The notes beneath the pieces were generated by a model that made no database searches, was not told where the DNA came from, and worked only from the letters and a program-made list of their open reading frames with translations. Of a DNA stretch of 64,000 bases, positions 1 through 13,100 are shown in pieces; position 1 is the stretch's first letter, and each line of letters starts with the position of its first letter. The translations under genes were made by a program, and so were the position numbers. Where the stretch lies: positions 186,001 to 250,000 of the forward strand of contig JAYWIR010000062.1 of the NCBI GenBank assembly GCA_036172245.1. The letters run 5' to 3'. Origin of the DNA: Raillietiella orientalis. Its lineage: Eukaryota.

Positions 1-15
1 TTAATTGAAAGCAGC

Positions 16-1012
16 ATGCAGAGCCCGATTCCCGAAAATGTTTTTGAGCCAGTCAGCACCACCCCGGACAGTGAAACGAAAGAGATGGCTGCTCAGGTAT
101 TTGCTGCATCCGTTTGTGCCCAATTTCATTTGAAATTTTGATGAAACAGAAAGATGATTCATTAGACGAAATTATAAAAATCCCCCCCGATCATCACAGA
201 TTGCAATTTATTTATTGTTTGTGGCACAGCCCCAAACCGTCAGTCAAGGGAAAGTTGCACCACCGGTTCGAAGAAAGCCTGAGAATTGTCGGCAGATTTG
301 CAACTGTGGAACAATTCTGGGCTATATATTGCCATCTGAGAAGACCGTCCGAGTTCTTGAATTTTAACGATTTTCATTTATTTAAGAATGGCATCAAGCC
401 AATGTGGGAGGTAAGTTGATCAGCAACTTGATTTTGATGAAATTTATGCTTGGAGATTGTGTCGCACATAAGTTGAGCATCATTGAGGAAGGATTCTTAA
501 CTTTAGCATTGTAGAGCACAAATTTCAATTTATAGCACAGCGTGCATTTTAGGATGAAGCTAATAAAAATGGTGGTAAATGGATTGTGCGTCTTAAAAAG
601 GGTTGTGTTTCCCAGTTTTGGGAAAACCTGATACTTGCTATTTTAGGAGAGCAGTTTTTGGTCGGTGATGAAATTTGTGGAGCAGTAGTATCCATAAGAT
701 CACAGGTATTTCTTCCATTTAATTATTTATTACTGGAAGTAAATCTTCAGACCGATATTATATCGATCTGGAACAAAACTGCTAACAACTATGCCATAAC
801 AGCAAGAATTCGAGATACGCTGAGAAGGATTCTGAACGTACCTCTCAGTGTTGTCTTGGAATATAGATTGCACACTGAGTATTTGAAGTGAGTAGCAACT
901 GAATGAACTGAAAACAACTGATGCTATTATTAGCAAGCATTGCAATGTTCAAAACACAAGTACATCTGAAGAGATAAAGAAGAACAAGTGCTCAAAAACA
1001 TTTGAAACATAG
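16..1012 (+). CDS. eIF4E2: Eukaryotic translation initiation factor 4E type 2 (4EHP, class II eIF4E). Exons 16-96, 150-410, 553-705, 751-887, 934-1012 (~236 aa). Alternative stop at 889-891 if the last intron is retained.
   Basis: Spliced translation gives H.LQFIYCLW...FATVEQFW...DFHLFKNGIKPMWE|DEANKNGGKWIVRLKKG...WENLILAILGEQF.VGDEICGAVVSIR..|.DIISIWNKTA...IRDTLRRILN...LEYR.H, typical of class II eIF4E. Introns 97-149, 411-552, 706-750 and 888-933 are GT-AG and keep the frame. The first and last exons are less certain. Confidence 0.92.
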
Positions 1013-1103
1013 CTAGGTGAGTGGTCTGCCACAACTGGCTTTTCGTGATGCTGGATCTTCTTGAACAGGCATACAAAAACATGCTGCTTGATCTCCCAGT
1101 TAA

Positions 1104-4100
1104 TCAGTGAGTTGTGCTGCAATGAATTTGCACATGTGGATGATGATGATGTCTGCCTGTACCTGGATCCACAATATTCAGTATCCCATGAGACTGCCTC
1201 ACATGTTGTTTTTCTGAGAACAAGCCCCTTTGCATGGATGGCTTTAGAATTGGGATTTCACAGTCGCTGCACTCTTCCATGGCAGAACTGTGTGTCTCGG
1301 AATTCTCACTTTCTTGAATCCATGCATTATCTGCAGTCAACAGAGACTTTATAGGTGTTTCTGCCAAAACTGTTTCATTATTGTCGTCTTCATTGGGTCT
1401 TTGAAGATCACACGATGACTGTGCAGAAGGATCTCCTGATTCTGGGTTTTTGCCATGCGTGACGTCCAGGGTGTCTGCTGCTTCTGCCCTTTTCAGTTGT
1501 AAATCTAGAAGATCTGCACCGCAGAGGTTGCAAGCACGTTTTCTACTAAAGTAATTTATACAGTGACAGAGATTTGTGTTACATATCATCAGATCGTTAT
1601 CTAATCAACGTAACGGAAAGAGCCCTCACGTTTTACTGCCCTGTCGATTTCACTTCTCTCTGCTTCATTCCATTTCCTGTGCTCTTCTTGCTCTGCCTTA
1701 ATACCGCCAGCAGCCCTAGACGCAGAAACAAAGGATCAGGGTGGGCGCATTTACTGCCCGTGCATCCGTTAACCGCAACTTCAGCAAGATCAAAAGAGAC
1801 GGTTACGAAACGGGCACGGAAATGTTGGCCGATGACCCCCGTAATAGTAGTGCCAGTATATTAGGTCACGATGTAAGATTTGATTTATTAAATTCGATCT
1901 TGAAATTTTCCAGTTTTCATTTGTGCCTACGTTGCCAAAAGGCGAGTTGAGCTTTCCAGGTGGGTTTCAAGAGGTGAAAACGGAACCTCCAAGCGGTCGC
2001 ACAAGAACTGCACCTCCGTCGAGGAAAGCCCTGGAGCAGGAGGACCGGTTTTTCGTGCGGTCGCCGCCGTCAGCAACTTTCACGTTTTGCCGGACGATCA
2101 GATGTGCAACGCTGCCTGCATCTGATTCCGGTTCATCGTTCTGTGAAGCCGTTTCAGATGAACGATCGAAAGCATACCGGTTGCGTGCGCCGGGGGTGCC
2201 GGAAATGGGAAGCGCCGAGTGGACATCAAAGTGGGGGCACGGGGATGTTCCCGAAGCCGGTGCCGAACGCGGTCGCCGAGGCCAATCGCCGAGGTGCACG
2301 CGCGTGGGTTCGGGCAGCATGGAACGACGTGCGAAGAGGCGCTTTTGCTGGACCGCGCGCGTGCACGCAGGAGGGGAGCGCGACCACAGCAACGGATTCC
2401 CAAAGTGGTCGCCGCCGATGAGACCACAAGTCGTGACTGGAGAGGAGCTGACGGCCGCAGGTTCCTGTCGCCGTGAAAGACGACGGCGAAGAAAAGACCA
2501 CGGTTCTCGGGATGCGAGGCACCACCAGTGCTTCGTGGGTGCGCAGCCCTTCGGACCTCCCCGCCGAGGCAGCGCAGGAAACGCGCCAGACCCCGGTGCC
2601 ACACCGGTCGACCGGTTCGTCCCGAGGAACGAGTGTGGCTCCTGCTTTCCGTTCGACGCTCGGACGTTTGCAGGGAAATGTCAGTCAGGGTCGGCGATGA
2701 AAGTTGCCGGTTCGAAGAGTTGCTTTCAGTGTTTTTGTTTTTTGGATTTGCAACCAATTCGCAACTTCAGCCCGTGTAAGTGGTCAGAAAACCGCAGGGA
2801 TGCCAGTTTGGCCACCAACATGCATTCAGAGTACCGCAAAACGAAAGCGAAGCAAACGAAATACCTGCGGAACGAGAAAAGAGCGACTTTCCGTTTCCTC
2901 ATCTGCGTGCTTTCAAAGGTGGGCAGCACTCGGCTGCAAAAGTGGGACTGCTCCACCGACTGCTCTGCGGATGCCATGAATGGGTGCGCTTCCTTGTTGG
3001 AGCGCGACGGGGGCATCCACTTCCCTCGTGCCTTGGTCTTTTGGGATGCACGAGGGAAGTGGATGCCTCTGTTTACTCTTCCGAGACCCCCTGCGGCCCT
3101 CGTGCTGCTAGTTGGCCGCCTCGTCGACGACGCCCGCATCCGTGCGGCGCGTTTCCGGCAAGTTCCGCGTGCGCCCGTCGAAAGTTTGCGGGGAAGGGAC
3201 GCGGGATTCGGGTCGCCCGGATGCGGCAGCAGCCGAACGCGGGGCGCAAGTGGGAAACGAGGGCGGCCACGTGCTCGTCTGCCGCTGGCGTCGCTCGGTT
3301 ACGCAGGGCGCGAGTGAGTGTCTCGGCAGCGACTGAGGGAAAGCGGTCGAATCTCTCGTGCTACTCACCAAGCTTCAGCGCAGGCCCGCTCTTTCGGGAA
3401 CACTGGGCGGTCATCCAGATACGTCAGCAGTTTCTAAAACACATGCATGCCTCTGTTTACTCGAAGTCTGCCAAGGTGGAGTGTTTCGTTCTCCATACGA
3501 GCGTGGACGCGGGAAGAAGCGCGGGTTGCGGGCGACACCTCGCGCTTCCGACCGATCGACGTGACTGCCGACGCCCCGTTTGATCTCCTTACGATGCGAC
3601 GAAAAGGAGGCTCGGCCCGGTTTTCGGAAGGGAAGTGGACGCACTTCCGCCAGGTCGACATTCTCGAGGAAGGAGGAAATCTGCATCCTTCTGTACCTTT
3701 CGCCTCGCAAAGACACAGGCGCGTGCTCTTGTGAATTCCCCGCTCTCACTTCCGGTCTTGGCCTCTGCACGACGCGCTGCCAACTGTTCGTCCCTGGGTG
3801 TGGTCTGTTCGGTTGTTGGTGGCTACAAGTTGCGGGGGAGGGGCGCACCGCCAGCTTCAAAAGCAAAGAAGGGAATGGACAAAAAATCTATTCAAGTGGA
3901 CGGTTAGAAGACTGCGGAGGAGTCGAACTTCTGGATCGGGAAAAAAACAGTCCTTCAGAGGAGATCACGAAAGTGGAACGCCGCCAGGGTCTCCAACGGC
4001 TTCCAAGTTGCCGCACTTCTTGCCTTCCGCCCTGGACGGGACTGCGCCTCCGGCTCACTGGTGGCCGAGCAGATGCGTATCGTTCGCAGCATGCGTCTGC

Positions 4101-7100
4101 GTCGTTCCCCTTCCGCAAAACCTACACATCCTGCTTCCGGTTTAGCTCCCCAGGCTCGGCTTCCGCCGCGGCGTTACGAGCCCGGGAACCAGAGGGTGTG
4201 CCAGAGGGCCTTTAACTCGGGTTAGGGGCTCGGCCCTACGCTAAAAATAGCGGGTGGGTTCCATGTTAGCAAGTCGAGATCGGAAGTGCGGCTCGACAAG
4301 GATGACGATGTCGATCCCCGGGATGGCAACGGGAAGGCTCCTTGCGTCGCACCGCATGAGAAGGACCGAAGCGGATGTGAAAGCGGCGCCGGAACTGCGC
4401 AGCCCTTTGAATGCTCCCGGCACCACGAAGATGGCGGCGAGATGCCGCCGGCACGGAAGCCGTAGCGCAGCAACGGATGACCCACGCTGCGGGTGATGCG
4501 GGACCTCGGCGACGAATGGACTCGTGGTCCACCGCCGCGTGCCCCATGGTAACCGACCGAGTTAACCGACCCCGTGGTAACCGAGGGGGGCCACCCGTGC
4601 TGCGTCCGCGAGACGACGTCTCTTGCTCCCGCATGCGGTCAAAATCGTGTCGGGACGGACGCGCGACCCCCCCCCCTTGGCCCTCGACGGTCTTCCGTGC
4701 GCTGACAAAACAGCGCGAGTCGACCTGCCTGGAACCGATGCCTCCAGGACTGGACCAGGCGTCCAAGTGATCAGGGCGTTTCGGGCGGAACGGAACTTCG
4801 CCCGCGGGGGTTGAGGGAACTTACAGGTGTGCAGGACGGCAGCGAAGACTCGAATCCAACAAGGCGCGTCGCAAGGTGCCCAGACAGCGGAACCTTCGAG
4901 GACCTCGATGCCTCCGGACGCAAGGCGCTCGGAGTTACGTCCAAGACACCAGCAGAACCATCACAGAGGCCTCGGTCCCTGGGCGGACGAAGGGGGGGGA
5001 AAAACAGAATCGCTCGGTGCGCAGACGTGGGCGCGCGGCTTGGCTCACTCCGAACAGCGAGAACACCCCGAGAGCCATCCGCAGCCAACGCCCCCGGCGG
5101 GAGAACACCCAAGGGGATGTCTCTCAGGCAGGGGCGGCTTCTCTTTGCAAACCCACCTGCGTCGGACGAAGACCGCTGACACGAGCCCTATGGGCGTCCA
5201 TCCGCACCGGTGGGAGCCCAGGAGCGCCTGGGAGGCGGGCGGGACGAATCGGTGGGCCGAAGCCGAGGATTGATGGGCGCACGCGAAGCGTTCGGTGAGA
5301 TACCGATGGACCACCCGGGGATTTCGCCCGTCCGGCACGGACGCGCGTGGCACGCCGAGGAGGAACCGCGGGCACTTCTCGGTGAGACGCGGGCGACCGC
5401 GACAGGGAAGACCCGCGATCACGAGCCGCCACCGGCTTTCTCTCACCCCCACCCCCACTCCCCATGATGCGCAACAGCGCACGGTCAGCCACCGGAGGGG
5501 GGAGCGAGCAAGCGCCGCACTTACGCATGAGATGATGAGGGACTTCCGGTAGTTCTGGATGCTCTTGGTCACCGGGTTTCCCATGAGGCTCAGCACCTTC
5601 AGCGACGCCATCTCTCCAAACACCTGGTCATGGAGTACACGCAGAGGGTGAGTCCGGGCTCTCAACCCCGCAGGCTGCTGGTCCGGAGAGAGCAGAGGGA
5701 GCACCGCGGGCTTGCGAGGCAGGAGGGGTCGTCGAGGAGCCTGCGGCCCGGACGGACTCCGGCGGCGACGCCTCCTCCTCGACGGTAACGCCCCCTGGCG
5801 ATGTACCAGGAGCCTTGCGCATGGACAATATCGTAGCCGAGCAAGGCAACTGAGGTGTGATTATTGCTAGTTGAAAACCAGGAGCGTTGCGCCAGTTGGG
5901 TTGCCCCCGTAGGGTTTCAAGGAGGAGGCTGCGAGGAGAACGCGATTCGGACGCCCCTCCACCTCCACCCGCGGGCAAGCGCGACGGGAGAGGTGGCGCG
6001 TGCCCGCCGCTCGTCTCCTCACGGCGATGCGGTCACGCCAGAGGGAGAGTCTGGAGATTCTGGCAGCCAGGAGGGCTACAGCTGGCTGCGCCTCCCGCGC
6101 CGGATCTCGGGTCCCCATAACATCGTCGTTGCCGCGACGAAGAAACCGGACCGAGGATCGCCCGCCAGTTGGCCGGTTGCAACCGAGAGAGTGCTGAGCA
6201 CCCAAGACAGAGAGGCCGCCCATGGGAGCAGGAAGGGGCTTGAGCTTTCAGAAGTCCGGAGGGAGGCAGGTTGCCCCGAGGAGGAGGGACCGGGAGGGCA
6301 GAGGAACCTCGCGGGTGCGAGAGGTCCCCAGCGAGGGGACATCCGGCACGCCGCGGAGGTCATGACGGGTGGGTGAGCTTTCGTGATCCCGGGAGGGCGC
6401 TCTCGTGGTGGGAGGGAGGGAGGAGGAGATGCAGGGATGCCGCGTCCCGGACGGATCCGCGCGGCCCGGGCGGGAACGGTGCCGCAGGAAAGGTCCTGCG
6501 CAAATGAGGGATGCGGTCCAGGAGACTCCCAGATGCGCTCGCAGACTAGCAGGAGTTCGCTCCCCCTGCAACCCGACGAGATCCAAAGGGCGGCCCGGAG
6601 CAGCCGGAGGGAAGGACCTTTGCAAAAATATTCCGGAAATGAACGGGAGAGAGGAAGGTCACGCCACTGGTATTGCGAGAAGCCGTCACTAGCGGCAGGG
6701 AAGCCATCCGAAAGGGGAACGGGGGAGCGCACCATGGAGGAGTCATCTCGAGGTCAACTCCCCCCCTTCCCCGATGTCCTCCGCAGCCAGCGCTCACTCG
6801 CCCCGTCCTGTCCGTGTGCCGGGACAGGCGCCGCCGCTGCGGTCCACCAGGCGCGCTGTTCGGAGGCCTGCGGAGGGTGGAGTGAGCGGTGGGCGCCGCA
6901 TCGGCCTGGGCCGCCCACCCGCCCGGTTCACGAGGGAGCAGAGGGGAAGCGCGCGTCTGACAGACTGCGGCCTTTTCGCCTTCTGGAACAGAGGGGGCGC
7001 GAGAGAGGCAGGCACCTTGGCGACCGCCTCCTCCCGCGGAGATTCCGAACGGAGGTCAAGTTGGCCAAGCACGGTACCGCCCAGGAGCGCGGCGGCCAAA

Positions 7101-10100
7101 TGGCCGGGGGTGCCTCGTGGCTCGGTGCGCGCTACACCGCTCTCGGGAGCGCCTGGTGCATTCGCATCGGGAGGACGATGTTCGCAGGTAACCATGGAAA
7201 CGGCTCGCATCTCCTGCCCCCACCCCCTCGTGACCTCCGAAAGGGTAACGGAGCTGTTCGGCAGGACTCCCACAGGGAGGAACTGCCCCTCTGTACCTAA
7301 AGGCGAGACCTTCCGAGGACCCCCAGGCGCAGACGAGACGCCGTGTACTCGCCCAAGCCGGAAGAACCAGAAGAAACGCGCAGAAAGGGGACCAGGACAC
7401 AGCCCCGAGGACGAGAAGGGAGCCCGCTGCGGCATCTTCCGCTCCGGGACTGCAACAGCGAACCTCCCGGATCCAGCAGGGCACGGCAGGGCTACCCCAC
7501 AGGGCGCTCGCGGGCTCGTCCGGCAGCAGATGCCTCGAGGGCATCGACGTCCCTGGATGCGAACCACGCTCGAGTCGTATCTGGGAGGAAAGCCGCGGGA
7601 GAATCCTGGTTTCCCGGACACGCCACTCCCCCTCCCCAAGGGATGGAGAGGCAGCCAGACAGCCGAAGGGCCCCTCGAGGTCGAGCGTGCATCGCCCAGT
7701 GCCCGTCGGCTCGCCTGAGGAACAAGAGACAGGTCCGGAAAGGGAGGGAGACAACCCTGCCCGTGACACGCAACCCCGGCGCCAGGTCACCGCGCTCCCG
7801 GAGGGGGAAAGTCGACTTCCGCCCGCGACCATCAGCAGCGGCGAGGCGGGGAGAGGGCGCGGCGGAGTCTCCGGCGAGGGAGCCCGGTAGCCGTCTCCCC
7901 CGGCCCCACTGCGTCTTCCAGGCAGGTCGCGAAACCAAGAGGGGCCGCTCCCATAGCGGAAGGGTTTCGTGAGGGGCGGACGCGGGGTCCTCCATGCGCC
8001 GGAGGCAGCCCCCGCCGGAGCTGCGAATCGCCACCCTTGCGCTGCGGGACAACGGGACGCCAACGCTAACAGCGGTTCCCGCTCGCCACGCCGCAGCGGT
8101 GTGCCGGTGGTGCCGTCGCCTGGCTGCGGGGAAAGGGTTGGACGCTTCCGCTTCTCCGAACCTGACCGCCAGGAACACCGGGGGATGGGGCGGTGAAGGT
8201 GAGAAGAGGGCTTCGCACCGCCTCCTGCCCTTTGCAGGGGTGGACGGAGCCTGCAAGCAGGGGAGCAAAGGGACCAGCGAGGTCCTGCATCCGCAGCCCA
8301 GGGGGGGAGGTGGGAAACGCGTGCGCGCCCATGCTCAGAGGGGCCTCTGTGAGGTCTCTCAGGGGCACGGTGCGCCGTCTCCGAGGCAGCCGCGGCGCTG
8401 CCGCCGATTTGCCTCAGGGCACCGAGACCGGCCGGACCTCCGGCTGGTCTTGGTGCCCGTGCGGTGCTTCCCGCGCAGGCGATGACCCTGAATCCCTTGG
8501 GAGACATCTTCATTGGGACGGGCGTCCCGGGGACCGGAGTCCGTGGGAAGGAGGAGGCGCAGCTCCTTCACAATGGGGGAGGAGACGCTTTCGAGAGCCG
8601 CGTGCACTCCGCCAGAGGGAAGGGTCGGAAGATCCCGTTGAAGATCCCGCACCGTACCGGGTCAGCGAGGATGCGGTATCGAGGGCGCAACCCACCGGTC
8701 CGATCGTCGCCGTGGGGGCAGGACTCCGCCCCGACGAAAGCGCCAAGTCACATCACGACCTGCCGGCGGCTACCTTCCGCACTGCGAGCGCGACCGGACC
8801 ACCGGCTCCGAGTTCAAAGGCGCATCGGGAAGGGGGAGGTCACTCTCTGCTGCCACCGAGACGCGGGCGGATGCCACACCAAGGGCGACTACCCTCTGTC
8901 CGGCCGGCGAAAGTGAGCAGCAGTTGCCCCTCCCCTTCTTCTGCTGAAGCGCAACGCGGCTTCGCTCTTCGACAGCGGTTCCGGTCCGTCTTCAAAGACA
9001 GAGGGAGACCTCGGAGCGTCCTCCCTCGTCTGGAGGACCGGGATGCGTTGGGATGGTCGTCCGGGTAGGAGCATCGGGCGGGACCCGTGCTTGGCGACGC
9101 GTCTGTTGGGGACGCGGTAGGTCGCTCCCGGGACGACGGTCGCTGCCGGCCCGTTGCCTGGACTTCGCCGAGGGGCAAAGCGACATAGCAGCCGATATGT
9201 GCGATGCTTCGCCCGCGTGACTGCAGCATGCCCGCGGAGCAACATCACCGCGTTGAGGTGGCGACTGCGTTCGTGACGTCACCAGGACGACGGCACGCCA
9301 CGAGCAGGCGTGGAACGTGCGCTCGAACGCTGCCCCTCGCCTTTGGTCGTGAACGGAGGCAGCAGCGGACGGGAAAGCAGGCAGACACGAGGGGAAGGCG
9401 AAGAGATCGGCCCGGTTGACCTCGGGCAGCTGCTTGCCCGCATCGCCAATGACGGGGAAGATGCCGAGGCGCGCGCGACTCCTTCTACGGCAATCGTACG
9501 GAAGGGAAGAGCGTAGAAGGGCGTTCGGTGGGAAGAGCGAGAACCAGAGGTGGATCCTGGAAGGATTCCAACCCCCCTCCCCACCCTGTCCCCCCGCGAG
9601 TCTCCAACTTCGCCCGCAACGTGGCGCTGGCCCCGCTGCCGCGTAGTCTCCGCCGGCGACGACTGCCCGCGGGCTGGTGAAAGGACCGCGCCGGGAGAGA
9701 CAGAAGGCGCAAGGTGGTGGTGGTGGGTACCTCTTTGACGAAGGGATCCTCCAGGAAGTTGCTCGACAGATCGACGACGGAGAGAGACGGGCAGCACCTC
9801 AGGTGCTCGACGTCTTGCAGTGTCCTCAGCTTGTTGTGGCTCAGGTTGAGATTCGTCAAGGCCGTGAGAGCGCCTGCAAGGTACGAGGTCAGCGGAGAGG
9901 ACGCGGCAGTCGCTCTTCGGGACGAAGGTCTTCGCGTCGTCCATCATCCCGCCGCTACCTCACGCGCGCAACTCGAGTAGCCGAAAGCTGACCCACGGTG
10001 AGAGTCCTTGACGATGCGAAGTACCTCCGGAACGCCAGAAGGCGCGTTGGTCACTGGCACCGGCGCCCGTGGAGCATGGTAAGCCCCCGGGATCGCTGAG

Positions 10101-13100
10101 GGCGAACAACGAGGGGAACCTTCCGTCCCGCGCGCTTCCGGAGGAAGACAGTCGGGAGGAATCGCCGAGCTCGGCTCCCCCTTTTACACCGCGCAGACTT
10201 TACGGTTTCCATGACGCGACCGAGGCGGGGTGAGCAAATCAAAAGCCGCCGGGTCCCTAGAGCTGGAAGTCTCTGCCGTCAACGATCACCTTCCCAGGGC
10301 AGGTCATTTACAAGGCAACGGATCCGAGTGAATTCATCAAGACGAAACGTCAAAGTCGGGCGGCAGGCCGCCTCGCAGACCCCACAGAAAGAAGCGAAAC
10401 TACACGGGTGGCGTGGGGGATCCCTCGCCGGGTCCACTGAAAGGACCCCTCCCTCAGATTCGAAGATCCGAAAGCACCATCCCGTCCCGCCCAGTCGCCG
10501 AGGAAGGCCGGGTGCCTCGGGGAGGCCGTCGATGCGCGACCTTCACCTCCGAACTTTCGCCTGCTCGAACCACATTGGCCGAGGCCGAGTCGAGAGGTGC
10601 GACTCCTGAGCACAGCCCCAGGAGGGAAACGCTGCCGCTTCCCTCCCCATTAGAGCTGCGCCCCTGTGATCCTTCGTCAAAACCCGGTTAGCGCCCCCCA
10701 GCAGCCCTCATTGGCAGCACCGACAAGGATTCGAAAAGCAGCAGCCGGCCGGTACTGATCAGCTGCGCACAAGCGCATGCAATTCAGGAGCCTCCGTCTG
10801 GGGCGAGGCCAGCCGAGTCACCCCCGTGAGGATTCACCGACCCCCGCGGCAAGAGGACGCTGCGGTCCTCAAGCACTGAAAGCAAACCACCGAATGCAAG
10901 GCGCCCCAGAACTCCGGCTCGGATGGCAGGCGTTCTTGAAACGAAGCTCCGACGCGCGACACCGGCCTCGGCTCTCAGTGGCCAGCGGCGCATCCACACG
11001 GAAATGGAGGGCGGGGGTGTGGTGGGGGAGGACACAATGCCAGCACCGTTCTGCTTCGCTCTGAAGAAGGGACGAGGCAGCAGATCGAAAGAGGGCAGCC
11101 TGTGGCGCAACAACATGCATCTTTGCCCCTTTCGTTTCTTCACGGGGCGTCTGCGCCGAATCCCCACGCTGGCAGCGGGAAGAAACGTGGAGAGAGCGCC
11201 CCGCCATTCTCGCTGTGACAAAGTTGGGACGAAACCGCTCGCTCGGTGACCGCGCCCGTGGTGATGGTCCTTCAAACTGATTGCCTGCGCCGGACACCTT
11301 CCACATCGCAGAGGTCTTCTTTTTCGCACGCCCTTCGACGTCTGGCTCTGGACACAAGAAAGTCCGCGCTCGGGAGCGTGCGCCGTTTGCACGCGACGAC
11401 CGGAGCCTCCACGAAACACCATCGCATGCTTTGGATCGCGGGGATGCTGCGAGCGAGAAGAACCGAAGGTGTGCAGCAAGGAGTTCTGCCTCCGCGACAG
11501 CCGTCTGCATTCGATGGTGACACCGGGTGCGAACTTTTCCTTCAGAGGTTGGGGGTGATCAGAAACTTCTTCAGAAGTCAACGCACGGATTTACTGACGC
11601 GGGTCAGCATCAATGATCCAACCAGAAACGGCGGCGACGACAAACATCCCTCCGGGGTTAGTTTGCTCTCCACTCATACGGATGTTTTCTGACCGTTTGA
11701 TGAGACACTGGGCCTTCTTTCATGGCTCCATAAAAATTGGTATTTATTAGCCATGGACCGCGAGCTACAAGGACTACGGGATCACCCGATCGCTTCCCCT
11801 CTTCTCTCCGAATACGCCGAAGCACCGCGAGGACCTTCACCTCTTGCTCTCGAAATTCCCACGTTCAGTGAATCCTTCAAAGACACAGAAAGTTCGAACT
11901 TGGAACGGAAGCACTCGGAAGCTGGAGATTCCGGCACCTTTGGAAAAGCAGCCCTTGAAAAAGACGGCGTTCCATGTGCATTCAGTGAGGCCCTTCCTCT
12001 GCCCTCCTAACTCAGGAAGGCAGGACGCAGTACTCGTTCCCTGGAGGAGCATAGACTTTCCGCCCGTAAGCAGCAACTTGCTGGTTCCCTGCATTGCTAG
12101 AGACAGGAGGCCCAAATCTGCCGCCCTACCGGGTCCACGGTGGTGGTATGTCAGCGCTTTATAAACTCAACACCACTCGTGTCCGCTGTAAACCCTGCAG
12201 CCCGCAATGACTTTGCTGGGTGTGGAATTTTCCGCTTCCCTCTCAATCAGAAGGTTCACTTTTTGTTGCGATGCCAGGCCATTGCAAGGAGAAACGAAAG
12301 AACGGATTTCACATAATCCTGCTGGCTGTATCAGGGATGGTCACCGACACGGCCAGAGGACTCCTGTGGAGGATCGTACATCCGGGGGAATCCCGATGGC
12401 ACGTCTTCTAGAAGCCACGGCAAAGCAGGCGGGCAACTGCCAGCTGAACAGAGTTCCTGGGTTCACGGATCTCATCGCAGAGCAAAGCACGCGGAGTTGC
12501 ACAGAAGCGTGACGCGAGCTGGTCTCCCTAAGTTGAGGATACTTCTTTCCGGCCACTTGTTTCCAGGACGAGAATGCCAACTGCCGTCAGCGCAGCACTT
12601 TCGAACCTTTGGGAAATACCAGCAGATGCCACGAAAGCTCGCGAGAGCAAAGCAGCAGTGACCATGAAAAGTGGTTGAGGCTTTCACCAAAGACAAAGCA
12701 GCAGCCTGAATCCGCAAATCTTCGAGTTTGAGTGAGAAGAGTAACAAAGCGTTCAGCGTTTCTGATAATAATCTAACTGGCTGTTCCTAACTGGGACGAT
12801 CCTAACCGGAGGAGACCAAAAGGGACCTTCTTCGAGACAAGGTCACGATAGTCTTGATAAAGTTCCCGAACAACGAAGGGAAGAATCTATATTTGAACAG
12901 ATGAAATTGCGCCGTTTCCGGGCAACTCCTTGGGCAATAGGAACTTGGGTATATCAAGCACGAACTCGGAGCTTGCGGTGAACGATGCGATCAGCAGAGA
13001 ACCTTGAATCCCTTTTAAGACCCTCAACTCCCATGGTTTCGAAATCATGTGCTCCCCCTCCGTTTCTACGTCACCTACACTTTCTCGGTGCCTCCTTGCA

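Noticed and set aside
1104..1589. ORF containing CNLC, suggesting a RING/zinc-finger protein
   Set aside because: The CNLC segment lies in intron 1629-1514. The rest is the last DNAAF1 exon.
1923..11600. Many long overlapping Arg/Gly/Pro-rich ORFs (e.g. 464 aa, 485 aa)
   Set aside because: They are open in several frames on both strands because high GC suppresses stops, show no recognisable domain, and lie in DNAAF1 introns.
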